From a bacterium (GTDB lineage: Bacteria; UBA8248), in contig CBDBBI010000010.1 in NCBI GenBank assembly GCA_965202625.1, positions 1,920,001-1,984,000 on the forward strand: a stretch of 64,000 nt of DNA. Direction: 5' to 3'. The notes beneath the pieces were generated by a model that searched no databases, was not told the DNA's origin, and worked only from the letters and a program-made list of their open reading frames with translations. The translations under genes and the position numbers were made by a program. This document shows positions 1 through 9,361 of this stretch, piece after piece (within the stretch, counting starts at the first letter, position 1; each line of letters begins with the position of its first letter).

Positions 1-165
1 ATGGATAGTGCGTTTATGGACGAGCTGCAAGTTGCGCTCCAACAAAAAGCCCAAAAAGAAGGCGTGGACGTCGGCCATCACGGCGCATGGGACCTCTGGC
101 TAGGCAATGACGCCGCAACGCCGTGTGAGGAGCGCGTAAAAAAACGAAAAATTTTGGATGATTAG
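1..165 (+). CDS. short ORF or 3' end of a gene truncated by the window edge (MDSAFMDELQVALQQK...KILDD*)
   Basis: 54 open codons from position 1 to TAG at 163-165; no recognisable motif. Confidence 0.3.
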   Translation: MDSAFMDELQVALQQKAQKEGVDVGHHGAWDLWLGNDAATPCEERVKKRKILDD

Positions 166-169
166 GCAC

Positions 170-310
170 CTCCGCTGAGATCGCGATTCCAACGCCTCGC
201 GCAAAGCCCCCATCACGACGTCGGCGGGGATATCGGCTCCCGTCCATGTTTTCCAAGCGGCCGCGCCTTGGCATACCAACCAGCCCGTCGCGCCGCTTTA
301 CGCTCAAGAA
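170..310 (-). pseudogene. remnant of shikimate dehydrogenase (AroE) C-terminus
   Basis: Minus strand reads D-G-L, then after a 1-nt frame slip LVCQGAAAWKTWTGADIPADVVMGALREAL, resembling the AroE tail DGLGMLVxQGAxAFxxWTG; no start codon or N-terminal domains. Confidence 0.5.
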
Positions 311-354
311 ACAGCATCGAAAACAGCCATTGCCCGCATATTTTGAAGTGAAAT

Positions 355-1272
355 TCAAGCAGATTGAGGCGCTTCGGTCTGGATGGCGCGTAGAAGGTGA
401 GCATCCAAATACCACTTCATCGCTTTTATATTTGAATCATCACCCAAAACCGTGACGGCGCCATGCTTTATCCATTCGTTTCTCCTCGTGCGCCACGTCC
501 AAATGAGCACGCCCCGATGGCCATTGAACCAAAGGGGGCTGAACGTCAACTTCTCTCCCATCTGACCAAGCAGCTCTGCGCAAGCGACGGCGACAAAATC
601 ATCTCCCTTCCTTTGCTCGTCACGGACCATAAGTTCCACGTCAGGCGACATCGATCCTTGCAATAATATCTTATCGCGAAATTGAAGCGCCTCGACGAAC
701 CGCTCAAATACTCGGGCGGTTTTTTCTTGATCCTTGACGGGTGCAAAAAGAGCCTTGCTTCCCCAGCGCTTTCTAATTTGCGCTCGTTTTTTATCCGCAT
801 TGTCAGCAATTCTGAAAACTTCCTGAATTTTTATTCCCAACGCAGACGCCGCTATCCGGTCCCCATCGTCCGCCCCGTTCCGAAGCACGACAACGGCGCG
901 CTGCTCAGGCGTCATGTATTGCAGAGGGAACAAAAACCCAAGCGCAACGCTTGGCCAAGCGGCATTTGCGTCTATCGGTTTAGACTCCCCATTCACGCTT
1001 GGCCCCGAGGTTTGCATCAAATCGGGAAGGTCGAATTCATTCAATTCCAAAGGCTTTCTCTCTCGCAAGCGAGAGAGTGCCGCTTCCGTACACGCCACAT
1101 AAAGCCACTCTGGATGATTTTCGACATTCTCAAGGGCTGGGCCCATTTCAATGGCCCGCAGCATCGTATCTTGCGCGACGTCCTCCGCATCCAAAACGCT
1201 GTCCGTAAGCCGGTAAGCGTGCTGTCGCATCAACCCCCAATATTCCTGGGTGTATTTTTTCAGATCAATCAT
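355..1272 (-). CDS. ECF sigma-70 factor with C-terminal SnoaL-like extension (SigJ/ECF41/ECF56-like), divergent
   Basis: AYRLTDSVLDAEDVAQD and WLY...LSRLR (sigma region 2), TPEQRAVVVLR (region 4), FERFVEAL and FNGHRGVL in the extension. Confidence 0.7.
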   Translation of the reverse strand: MIDLKKYTQEYWGLMRQHAYRLTDSVLDAEDVAQDTMLRAIEMGPALENVENHPEWLYVACTEAALSRLRERKPLELNEFDLPDLMQTSGPSVNGESKPIDANAAWPSVALGFLFPLQYMTPEQRAVVVLRNGADDGDRIAASALGIKIQEVFRIADNADKKRAQIRKRWGSKALFAPVKDQEKTARVFERFVEALQFRDKILLQGSMSPDVELMVRDEQRKGDDFVAVACAELLGQMGEKLTFSPLWFNGHRGVLIWTWRTRRNEWIKHGAVTVLGDDSNIKAMKWYLDAHLLRAIQTEAPQSA

Positions 1273-1281
1273 TCCAAAAAC

Positions 1282-1944
1282 TCAAACCGCAGCGAACATC
1301 TCGCGCAAATTCGAAGCCACCTGCAAAGGCGCCCCCGTTTTTTTCCGCACCTCGTCCTCACTCACTCCAGGGGCGAGCTCTCGAAGCAAGAGCCCCTCCC
1401 TTTCTACCGTGATAAACGCCAAATCGGTGACGATGACATCCACCACGCCCTTTCCGGTGAAAGGTAAAGTGCACGCCTCCACGATTTTGGGGGACCCTTG
1501 CCTCGAAACGTGCTCCATGGTGAGGATAACTTTCTTCGCCCCTACGACAAGATCCATCGCGCCCCCCATTCCGCTTATCATCTTTCCGGGTATCGCCCAG
1601 TTCGCCAAATCGCCGTTTCCAGCGACTTGCATCGCGCCCAAAATGGTGACGTCGACATGCCCGCCCCTGACCATGGAGAACGACGTGGCGCTATCAAAAT
1701 ATGAACCGCCTGGCAAAAGCGTTACGGTCTCCTTGCTCGCATTCAGCAAATCAGGATCCTCATCTCCCTCATAGGGAAACGGTCCTACGCCCAACACGCC
1801 GTTCTCCGAATGGATGGTGACTCCATGCTCCCCAGATATGTAATTGCTCACCAACGTGGGAATGCCCAGCCCAAGGTTGACATAACTACCTCGCGGCACC
1901 TCCAGGGCCGCGCGCCTGGCGATATCGTTTCTATCAAGAGGCAC
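1282..1944 (-). CDS. 3-oxoacid CoA-transferase subunit B
   Basis: VNLGLGIPT, active-site [13 protein letters not shown] motifs; coupled to subunit A. Confidence 0.92.
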   Translation of the reverse strand: MPLDRNDIARRAALEVPRGSYVNLGLGIPTLVSNYISGEHGVTIHSENGVLGVGPFPYEGDEDPDLLNASKETVTLLPGGSYFDSATSFSMVRGGHVDVTILGAMQVAGNGDLANWAIPGKMISGMGGAMDLVVGAKKVILTMEHVSRQGSPKIVEACTLPFTGKGVVDVIVTDLAFITVEREGLLLRELAPGVSEDEVRKKTGAPLQVASNLREMFAAV

Positions 1945-2674
1945 GTTCGTTCTCCCCGCGGCCGCTTCGAGACCGATTCGTTATAATTTCCATAGGTTTC
2001 TCGGCGTCCTCGCCCAAGACCACGCGCTGCACAAAAATTCCTGGCGTATGCACGTTTTCTGGCGCGATCTCGCCGACGGCAACAATTTCTTCCACTTCGG
2101 CGATGGTCACTCTGGCGGCAGTGGCCATGATGGGATTAAAATTTCGCGCGCTCATCCTGTATGTCAGATTGCCGCGCTCGTCTCCCTTCCAGGCCTTGAT
2201 GAGGGCGTAATCCGCGCGGATAGGTTCCTCAAAAATATGTTCTCGCCCATCGATCATTCGCGTCTCTTTCCCTTCGGCTACGACTGTGCCTGCTCCCGTT
2301 GGCGTAAAAAAACCGCCAATGCCAGCTCCGCCCGCTCGAATCCGTTCGGCGAATGTGCCTTGAGGCGATAGCTCAACTTCAATTTCGCCGCTCAACGCCT
2401 GTTCTTCATACGCCCTGCAAGCCGGGCCCACGCGACTGGCGACGATGGACCGCACTTGTCGATTTTCAAACATCGCGCCCGCTCCCCAACCGTCCATTCC
2501 GCCCGCGTTTGACACCAAGTGGAAATCCCCAACACCTTCTCGCTCGCTCAACGCCTTGCATAAATTATGCGCCATCCCGCATATGCCAAATCCGCCGATA
2601 AGAATCGACGCGCCTTCGGGAATATCAGAAACAGCGTCTTTGGAATTCGAGACAATTTTGGACAAATCAACCAC
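1934..2674 (-). CDS. 3-oxoacid CoA-transferase subunit A
   Basis: [42 protein letters not shown] motifs. Confidence 0.92.
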   Translation of the reverse strand: MVDLSKIVSNSKDAVSDIPEGASILIGGFGICGMAHNLCKALSEREGVGDFHLVSNAGGMDGWGAGAMFENRQVRSIVASRVGPACRAYEEQALSGEIEVELSPQGTFAERIRAGGAGIGGFFTPTGAGTVVAEGKETRMIDGREHIFEEPIRADYALIKAWKGDERGNLTYRMSARNFNPIMATAARVTIAEVEEIVAVGEIAPENVHTPGIFVQRVVLGEDAEKPMEIITNRSRSGRGENERAS

Positions 2675-2751
2675 CCCGATGAAAAATTTTCATTGTTCCT
2701 GTTCGACGTGAGCACGCGCTTGCTCACCCAATCATGGCGATGCAATCTCGA

Positions 2752-4962
2752 TCAGCTTTCCATCACTCGCCCCACCAATGCTTTCACCGGCGAATAATGC
2801 TTATACACGATTACGGTTTTATTCGTGTGTTTCGCAACGTTCTCAGGAATGGAGCCAAAAAGAATCTGCTTGTAAAAGCTCTCTCCAGCAGCGCCCATGG
2901 CAATGGCGTCATATTCTTCGGCCGCCCGAATGATCCCGACAGAAACCGATTTGCGCGTGATGATTTTGCTCTCCACATGCGCGCTGCTCTCATCGTTAAT
3001 TCGGCCCACCGCCTCGCTAAGCTCTTGTTCAACGGAATGCTTGTGCGCATCTCCGTCTGCCGGAGAAACAACTGTCGACACAACGATCTTGGCGTTGTAA
3101 GCCTTCGCTATCAGAGCGGTGTATCGTTCCGCCAAGCGCGCATGTACGCCCCCGGTTGTCGGTAAAAGAATATTGTTAAATTTCATCTCACCCACAAGTT
3201 TCACCAGCATGATATCCGCCCGGGCGAGTTTGACGACATCGTCCACTATCTCACCCAAAATCTTGTTGCCGGTAGAGGTATAGCCCTTCCAGCCAAGAGC
3301 GATCAGATCACAGTCGCGCTCTCTCGCCGTTTCAAGGATGGCGCGCGCCGGATTGCGGCCGATAGTTACGAGAGAGCTGCTTTTGACACCGTTCTCCTTC
3401 GCGCGGGCATGGGCTTGCTCCAAAATTTTCCTTTCGCGCTCAACGTATGCAGTTTCTTGGCTCATCGGCGCCTGCTCAGGCAAGGACACAACGCGCATGG
3501 TGATTATTTCGCCATCATTTTCTTTGGCGATCGCCGACGCCAGATCTATCAGGGGGGCCACGTTCGTTGGGTTTGCGAGAGGAACCAACACGCGGAAATC
3601 ACTCTCCTCGCCCTCCATACTCACCCGCGCTACGCGGGATGGCTCGCCCGGCAAAAACTCCTCTTCAGCCTGAGCGCCTTTCCATGCCAGAAAGCCGAGC
3701 ATCCCCAAGATCAACCACAGGACGGCCATCACAACCGGCTCTGGGTGCTGGAGTATCAGAGAAAGCAAATATACGTTTGCGCCAATCCCCAAAAACGGCA
3801 ACAACGGAACCAGCGGAACACGAAAAGGCCGCATCAGGCGGGGAAACTTCTTTCGGTGATATATGAGCGCCGCGTTCACCAACATCAACGCCAACAAAAG
3901 AATGGTGTCCGCGAAATGCGCCAGATTTTCCAGGTGAAAACTTTGCGCCAAAACAACGATGGTTCCTCCCATCAGAACAAGCGAGACAATGGGAGTGCGC
4001 GTCTGCGGGTTGATAGCGGCGATGCCCGATGGCAAGTGACCCAACTGCGCCATGGAAAGCACAACGCGCGAGCCCGCCAAAATGGATGCGTTAGACGCGG
4101 AGATCATCGAAAAAAGCGCGCCTATGATAATCACCATACCGCCAATGGGGCCCAGGAAAAGACGCGCCGCATTGCCCATGGCCGCTTCAGTATATTCCGT
4201 GAGATTCGCAGCGACGATGACAAAGACCACCAAAGTGTATAGAACCGTCACGATCGCCATGGAAAGAAATATCGCGCGAGGAATCGTCTTGATTGGACTG
4301 GTGACTTCTCCAGCCGACGCCGCAATCGCCGAGAAACCAAAAAAAGTAACAAAAACCAAACCCGCCGTCGCTCCAATTTTTGGAATGTCCGTGCTCATCC
4401 TCTCCACCAGGACTTTTACGTCCACACTCCCCAATCCGCCGTAAACGAACCAGAACAAAAGAATGACCTTTCCCAAGGTGACGAGGACCTGAAAGCGGGC
4501 CGATTCTTTCGTTCCCTTGATGTTCAACAAAACGAGACATATGAGCCCTACGATTCCAGACATTTGCTCATAAGGAGAATGCCAAACGAATTCGTTGAAA
4601 TACGAGGAGAGACTGCTGATATAAAAGGCGCACGAGGAGGCGTAGCCAAGCACCAGAGTCCAGCCCACAAGATAGGCGAGCGGCGGAGAAAACGTTTTCC
4701 TTGCATAGAGATATCCTTCTCCGGATTCCGGATACAAAGAGGAGAATTCACAATAGGTGAGCGCCGTGAATGCGGCGATAAGCGCAGCCAGAAGAAAAGC
4801 GATGATGGCGGATGAGCCCACGTTCCTGACGGCTAGGCCAGACAGCGTAAAAATACCTGCCGCTATCATCGTGCCGACGCCGATAGAGAGCGCAGACGCG
4901 AGCCCTAAATCTCGGCGGAGTTCGGTCTCTATGTGGAGCTTGTTGCCGTTGGGTTTGCTCAT
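2752..4962 (-). CDS. APC-family amino acid permease fused to two universal stress protein domains
   Basis: GVGTMIAAGIF, GEGYLY, multiple TM helices, RPFRVPLVP, then VLVPLANP and GSIPENVA USP motifs; start moved to MSKPNG (ATGA overlap with the upstream stop at 4959-4962). Confidence 0.88.
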   Translation of the reverse strand: MSKPNGNKLHIETELRRDLGLASALSIGVGTMIAAGIFTLSGLAVRNVGSSAIIAFLLAALIAAFTALTYCEFSSLYPESGEGYLYARKTFSPPLAYLVGWTLVLGYASSCAFYISSLSSYFNEFVWHSPYEQMSGIVGLICLVLLNIKGTKESARFQVLVTLGKVILLFWFVYGGLGSVDVKVLVERMSTDIPKIGATAGLVFVTFFGFSAIAASAGEVTSPIKTIPRAIFLSMAIVTVLYTLVVFVIVAANLTEYTEAAMGNAARLFLGPIGGMVIIIGALFSMISASNASILAGSRVVLSMAQLGHLPSGIAAINPQTRTPIVSLVLMGGTIVVLAQSFHLENLAHFADTILLLALMLVNAALIYHRKKFPRLMRPFRVPLVPLLPFLGIGANVYLLSLILQHPEPVVMAVLWLILGMLGFLAWKGAQAEEEFLPGEPSRVARVSMEGEESDFRVLVPLANPTNVAPLIDLASAIAKENDGEIITMRVVSLPEQAPMSQETAYVERERKILEQAHARAKENGVKSSSLVTIGRNPARAILETARERDCDLIALGWKGYTSTGNKILGEIVDDVVKLARADIMLVKLVGEMKFNNILLPTTGGVHARLAERYTALIAKAYNAKIVVSTVVSPADGDAHKHSVEQELSEAVGRINDESSAHVESKIITRKSVSVGIIRAAEEYDAIAMGAAGESFYKQILFGSIPENVAKHTNKTVIVYKHYSPVKALVGRVMES

Positions 4963-5822
4963 TTCAAATCTGCCAGAAATTTCTTCAGTTCTCGCCACAC
5001 GAGGGATGGCTGAGAAACGCTCGGAAAATGACCAGATTTCGCGCATACGACCACACGCGACTTGATGGGCAGAGCTTTCATGAGCGATTTTTCCGACTCC
5101 GCGCTGAATCGCCTGCTTTCTCCTCCACGAAACACGAGAGAGGGACATTGTGTTCTCTTTGCCCAGGAAATGGGGTCGTAATCGCTCTTTGAAGTCGCCT
5201 GAAATTCCCGTAGCCGCAGAAATCTACTTTTCTCATAAGGAACCTTGCAAACGCCGTTTGCACCATCACATACCAAAATATCCGACAAGAACCGCTTCGT
5301 CTCAGCAGGCGGCCAATGCCCCTCTTCATGCGTCGTGATGAATTTCTGGGCCTGCGTCAAGCTCTTGAATTCCACCGGTCGATTGCGAGCCGCCGCCAGG
5401 TCGGCGCCGGCGTCCGATCCGCCACCCATCGCTGGGTCCATCAACACGGTTGCGGCAACGCGATCCGGGCGATTCGCGGCGACAGCCAGAGCGATGGCAC
5501 CGGCAAAGGAATGGCCCATGACCACGAAGCGATCGAGCAAAAGCGAATCGGCGAGGCCGATGACGTCTCTTGCGAAATCCGCGGCGGCGTCCCCACCGCC
5601 CGGGTCTTCCGTTCTCCCATATCCTCTTTGATCCGGACATACCATGCGTATCGCGCCCGCGCCCTCCGCCGTGGCGTTCCACATGCTGCCCCGACTCAAC
5701 GATCCATGCAGCGCGATGACGGGTAAAAACGAATTTCTCCTTGCCGGCCTCCACTCCCGGAACGACATTCGAAAATTCGACACCGTCTCAAAACCCGCAT
5801 ACCAACCGCCTTCGCCGTTCAT
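4959..5822 (-). CDS. alpha/beta fold hydrolase
   Basis: LHG, DQRGYG, GHSFAG nucleophile elbow, SGHF catalytic His. Confidence 0.88.
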   Translation of the reverse strand: MNGEGGWYAGFETVSNFRMSFREWRPARRNSFLPVIALHGSLSRGSMWNATAEGAGAIRMVCPDQRGYGRTEDPGGGDAAADFARDVIGLADSLLLDRFVVMGHSFAGAIALAVAANRPDRVAATVLMDPAMGGGSDAGADLAAARNRPVEFKSLTQAQKFITTHEEGHWPPAETKRFLSDILVCDGANGVCKVPYEKSRFLRLREFQATSKSDYDPISWAKRTQCPSLVFRGGESRRFSAESEKSLMKALPIKSRVVVCAKSGHFPSVSQPSLVWRELKKFLADLK

Positions 5823-5969
5823 ACGAACCTCTCTGGAAAATGAAATTTATGCGGAGGGAATTTCACCTGCTCAAGAAAACGATTGCCCATTCCCTTGCCG
5901 TAAGGATAAACCAACGAGCGAAAATTCGCTCACGTAAGCGAGGGGAGCGTTCGCCGAGACGCGAAGTCG

Positions 5970-6566
5970 CTAGGAAGAGTCGCTCGTGTAGGAAACGGCT
6001 ACCCGGCGCGCGTAAAAGCGACTTTTCTCATCGTCCACGGGTTCAAAGAAATGACACGTCTCCAGGTCGCGCGGGTAGATGTGGATGGAAACCGCCACTT
6101 CATCACGCCGATTGCACACCGCGTGGATGTCCGCGCAGCCGCAAACCGCGTTCGGTGCACCGGCCAAAGGCGCGTGGGGGGCGTCTCTCCTCAGCGTGAC
6201 CTCCCCCTCGGCGATCTCCGCATCCGCAAAATAATTCACCACTTCCAGGCCGCCCCGCACCATGCCGAGCAGCCCCCACGACCCGTTGTGATCGTGAATC
6301 GGGGTGCCTTGCCCAGGTTTCCAGACCATGGCCGCAACCACGAAGCGCTCCTTGGGGTCCCGATAGAGAAGATAACGCGCGTAGCTCTCCTCAGAGGGGC
6401 GCATCGCCTCCAGAGGGAGGAAAGAAACCGCGCCCAGCAAGCGTTCCAAAGGCGCCGCCGCCGCGCGAATGAAGTCGCGCTCACGCGCGCCCGTCTCGTG
6501 GACGCCCGCCAAATCCTCCGCCAAGCGCACGATAGGGGAGGTAGGCTCAATGGCTGTTTCCATCAT
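5970..6566 (-). CDS. cysteine/thiol dioxygenase family protein (3-His cupin)
   Basis: YARYLLY, VWKPGQGTPIHDH, DIH, SIHIY motifs. Confidence 0.85.
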   Translation of the reverse strand: MMETAIEPTSPIVRLAEDLAGVHETGARERDFIRAAAAPLERLLGAVSFLPLEAMRPSEESYARYLLYRDPKERFVVAAMVWKPGQGTPIHDHNGSWGLLGMVRGGLEVVNYFADAEIAEGEVTLRRDAPHAPLAGAPNAVCGCADIHAVCNRRDEVAVSIHIYPRDLETCHFFEPVDDEKSRFYARRVAVSYTSDSS

Positions 6567-6777
6567 GATCTCCTCGGCGAAATGAACAAAAACCTTATTC
6601 TATCCATAGTTGGAGAACCACCTGGGCCACCGTTGCGCAGAGAAAGAGAGCGTTCTTCCCTCGCTTGGGCGCGCCGGTTTTCTCTTCAGAACCTCCCATA
6701 GCCATTATCGGGACTTTCGCATTTTTTCGCACACTTCCACATATGAGAATTTTCATTGAACGGAATCGCCCGCCTCA

Positions 6778-7581
6778 TCAAGGCGTCCAGGGGTGATTCG
6801 GTTCGACGAGCGCGCCGGGGGAGTCCGCCGTCTCCAGCGCGTCGATCATGTCGCGCAGCACCGCGCGCTGCTGCGCAGTATTCCCCGGCGTCCCGAAAGG
6901 ATGGCCAAGCGGCCAAGGCAGAAAGACCACTCTCGGCGGCGCCAGGGCGAGCGTAATCTCCTTGACGAGGCTCACCGAGACTGTCGCCATCCCCGCCCTT
7001 TCCATCGCTTTCTGAATCACCCCGACCGAGCGATGGCACAACCCTCACGCCGGAGCGAGCAACACGCCCTCCGCGCCCGCCTCGAGAAGGCGTCTCGCCG
7101 CCGCCGGGGCCGTCTCCTCGATCAGTCGCTCCAGGAGTTCGCCGTCGATATGGCCCATGAAGCTCAGATGCGCGGAGGAGACGCCGCCTATCACGCCCTC
7201 CTCCGCCAGCTTCGCGAGCCGCTCATGGGGAAAGACGACGTTCAAGTCCTCATCCGCCCCTCGGTGATCGTAATAGTCGTGCGTGATCATCAGCGTGTCG
7301 CGCGCGGCTCCGGCGGGTATTTCCCGAAACGTGGGGTCGCCGTCGGGGTTGTCCATGTCGAAAGGGTGCTGTTCCTTGAGATGAACGCCCCCGGTCGTCA
7401 CCAGCCCGATGCGGCATTCGCGCACCGGCTTTGCGAGCCGCGTCCAGGGCGTGGACTCCGCCCCCGCCAGAGATTCGCTTTCCAGGGAGAAATCCCGACC
7501 CTTGGCCCATCTGCGCACCAGATGCGGATAGCGTGTCAGAAGACGCGCCACCATTCGGTCCTTCCACCTGCGCAGGTTCAT
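6778..7581 (-). CDS. glycine/betaine/D-proline reductase selenoprotein B-like (GrdB/PrdB family) selenoprotein, Sec at codon 179
   Basis: ORFs 7045-7596 and 6778-7041 are in one frame, separated only by TGA (7045-7047): ...GVLLAPA-U-GLCHRSVG...; LVTTGGVH, GDPTFREIP, DLNVVFP, FMG, PWPLGHPFG family motifs; ends in TGA TGA. Confidence 0.85.
7002..7036 (-). promoter_or_regulatory. putative bacterial SECIS hairpin
   Basis: Starting 8 nt after the UGA: CCAUCGCU pairs with AGCGAUGG (8 bp), enclosing a weak GGUC/GAUU stem and a G-rich apical loop about 21 nt from the UGA. Confidence 0.6.
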
Positions 7582-8084
7582 CGAAATTTCCTGCAAGCCC
7601 GGCGGATTCGTTCCAGACGTCCAGGGCCGCGCACCGCCCGTCCGTCGCCGCCCGTACTAAGCCCACGACCGGCGCGATGGCCGGGCTCGCAACCCGCAAG
7701 TTCGCCTCCCCCAATCCCCCAAAAGGCTGTCTCGAATTCCCTCATCGGTTCATCTTCCCGCTCGTTTGATGGATCGCGCGCCCATAAATCCATCTACCCT
7801 GCCCGCCAACGAAAGCAACACAGGAAAAAGCCACATGAAAGATCATTATCGTGGATTGCGACGGGAGGGGCAAACCGTTCGTCATCGCCCACCCGCCAAA
7901 AGATCGCCATTCCGTGATAGTTTCACACGGAACCCACAACCGGGGCGGGCCTTGACGCGCGACGTCTCAAACGGCTATGTTCCTGACGTTCGAGACCATT
8001 CACGGCAAATACGGAAAAGGCGCGAGAAGCGAACACCGTCCGCGCGCTCAGCCGCTCCGAGGATGCGAAAGTGACCACCCGAGA

Positions 8085-8792
8085 ATGAGCAAACCCCAAC
8101 GAAATCTCTCGTATAAGAATTTCATCCCTCCGCTGGCTTTCATTGTCGTCCTCGCGCTGTTTTTCTGGTCGGGACTGGGGCGCTATCTCTCGTTCGAATC
8201 CTTAAGGGAGAACCAGGAGGCGCTCAAGACGTGGGTGAGCGCCTACGGCGCGCTCGCCGTCGTCGCCTACGTCCTCATCTACGCCGTGGTCACGGCCTTC
8301 TCCCTTCCCGGCGGGGCGGTGATGAGCATCACCGGAGGGTTTCTGTTCGGAAACATCTGGGGGACGCTCTATATCGTCGTGGGCGCAACGACAGGCGCGA
8401 CGATTCTCTTCGCCGCTGCGAAGACGTCCCTTGGCGACCCCCTGCGCGCAAGGGCGGGGCCCTGGCTGCAGAAAATGGAGCGGGGCTTTCAGGAGAACGC
8501 TCTGAGCTATCTGCTCGTGCTGAGGCTCGTGCCCCTTTTTCCCTTCTTCGTGGTGAATCTCGTGCCCGCCTTCCTCGGGGTGTCCCTCGGCATCTATCTC
8601 ACGGGTACGTTTCTCGGCATCATTCCCGGGGCTTTCGTATTCTCCTCGGTGGGCGCGGGGCTGGGCAGCATATTTCAGGCGGGAGGCGAGTTCTCCATCA
8701 CGGGCATCCTAACGCCCCAGGTCGTCATCGCCCTCGTCGGTCTGGCCGTCCTCTCCCTCGTTCCGGTGGCCTACAAGAAATTCCGAAAATAG
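8085..8792 (+). CDS. TVP38/TMEM64 (DedA/SNARE-associated) membrane protein
   Basis: FSLPGGAVMSITGGFLFG, LRLVPLFPFFVVN, GIIPG; start chosen at MSKPQR. Confidence 0.88.
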   Translation: MSKPQRNLSYKNFIPPLAFIVVLALFFWSGLGRYLSFESLRENQEALKTWVSAYGALAVVAYVLIYAVVTAFSLPGGAVMSITGGFLFGNIWGTLYIVVGATTGATILFAAAKTSLGDPLRARAGPWLQKMERGFQENALSYLLVLRLVPLFPFFVVNLVPAFLGVSLGIYLTGTFLGIIPGAFVFSSVGAGLGSIFQAGGEFSITGILTPQVVIALVGLAVLSLVPVAYKKFRK

Positions 8793-8893
8793 GAGCGAAC
8801 CCCCCGCCGCCCATCCACGGGACGGAAATCGGCGTCGATATCGTCTGTCGCGAACGCTCTTCCACCTCGTTCACGGACGCGGCGGAGAGACGC

Positions 8894-9304
8894 TTATTGA
8901 TTGGCGAAATACTCCGCGTCTTCTGACCTTTGCTTCCAGTTCGGGTTGGTGGGCCATTCCTTGTGGCGCGAGGCCTTGTCGCCCCCGTACCGCACCCGAT
9001 AGAGCAGGGTGCGCTCCGCGCCGTTCGCGTATTCATGGAGCTCGCCCGGAGGATGAACGATGAAGGAGCCGGGGACGACGTCCACCTCGCCGGTCGGCGT
9101 CTTCATCCTGCCGCCACCCTTGTAGCAAAAATAGATTTCCGTGGCGTAGGGGTGGCAGTGGTAGGGGCTCACCTGGCCGGGCTCCCAGCAGGCCACCGTC
9201 ACGTCGCCCTCCTCAAACCTCCCCAGAATCTTCTCCACGTGCTTCTCGTGGCTGAACTCCTTTTCCTTATCCAGATCAAAAACGTGCATGACTTCCTCTC
9301 CCAT
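8894..9304 (-). CDS. cupin domain protein
   Basis: PGQVSPYHCHPYATE and PPGELHEYAN cupin motifs. Confidence 0.8.
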   Translation of the reverse strand: MGEEVMHVFDLDKEKEFSHEKHVEKILGRFEEGDVTVACWEPGQVSPYHCHPYATEIYFCYKGGGRMKTPTGEVDVVPGSFIVHPPGELHEYANGAERTLLYRVRYGGDKASRHKEWPTNPNWKQRSEDAEYFANQ

Positions 9305-9361
9305 GCTTGCGAAAACGCGCGGCGCGCGACGGGACGAAGCCCCCGCACCCCTCCACGCAAC

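Noticed and set aside
4963-5148. 62-aa N-terminal extension of the APC-USP ORF
   Set aside because: Overlaps the hydrolase gene; the ATGA-coupled start at 4962 is more plausible.
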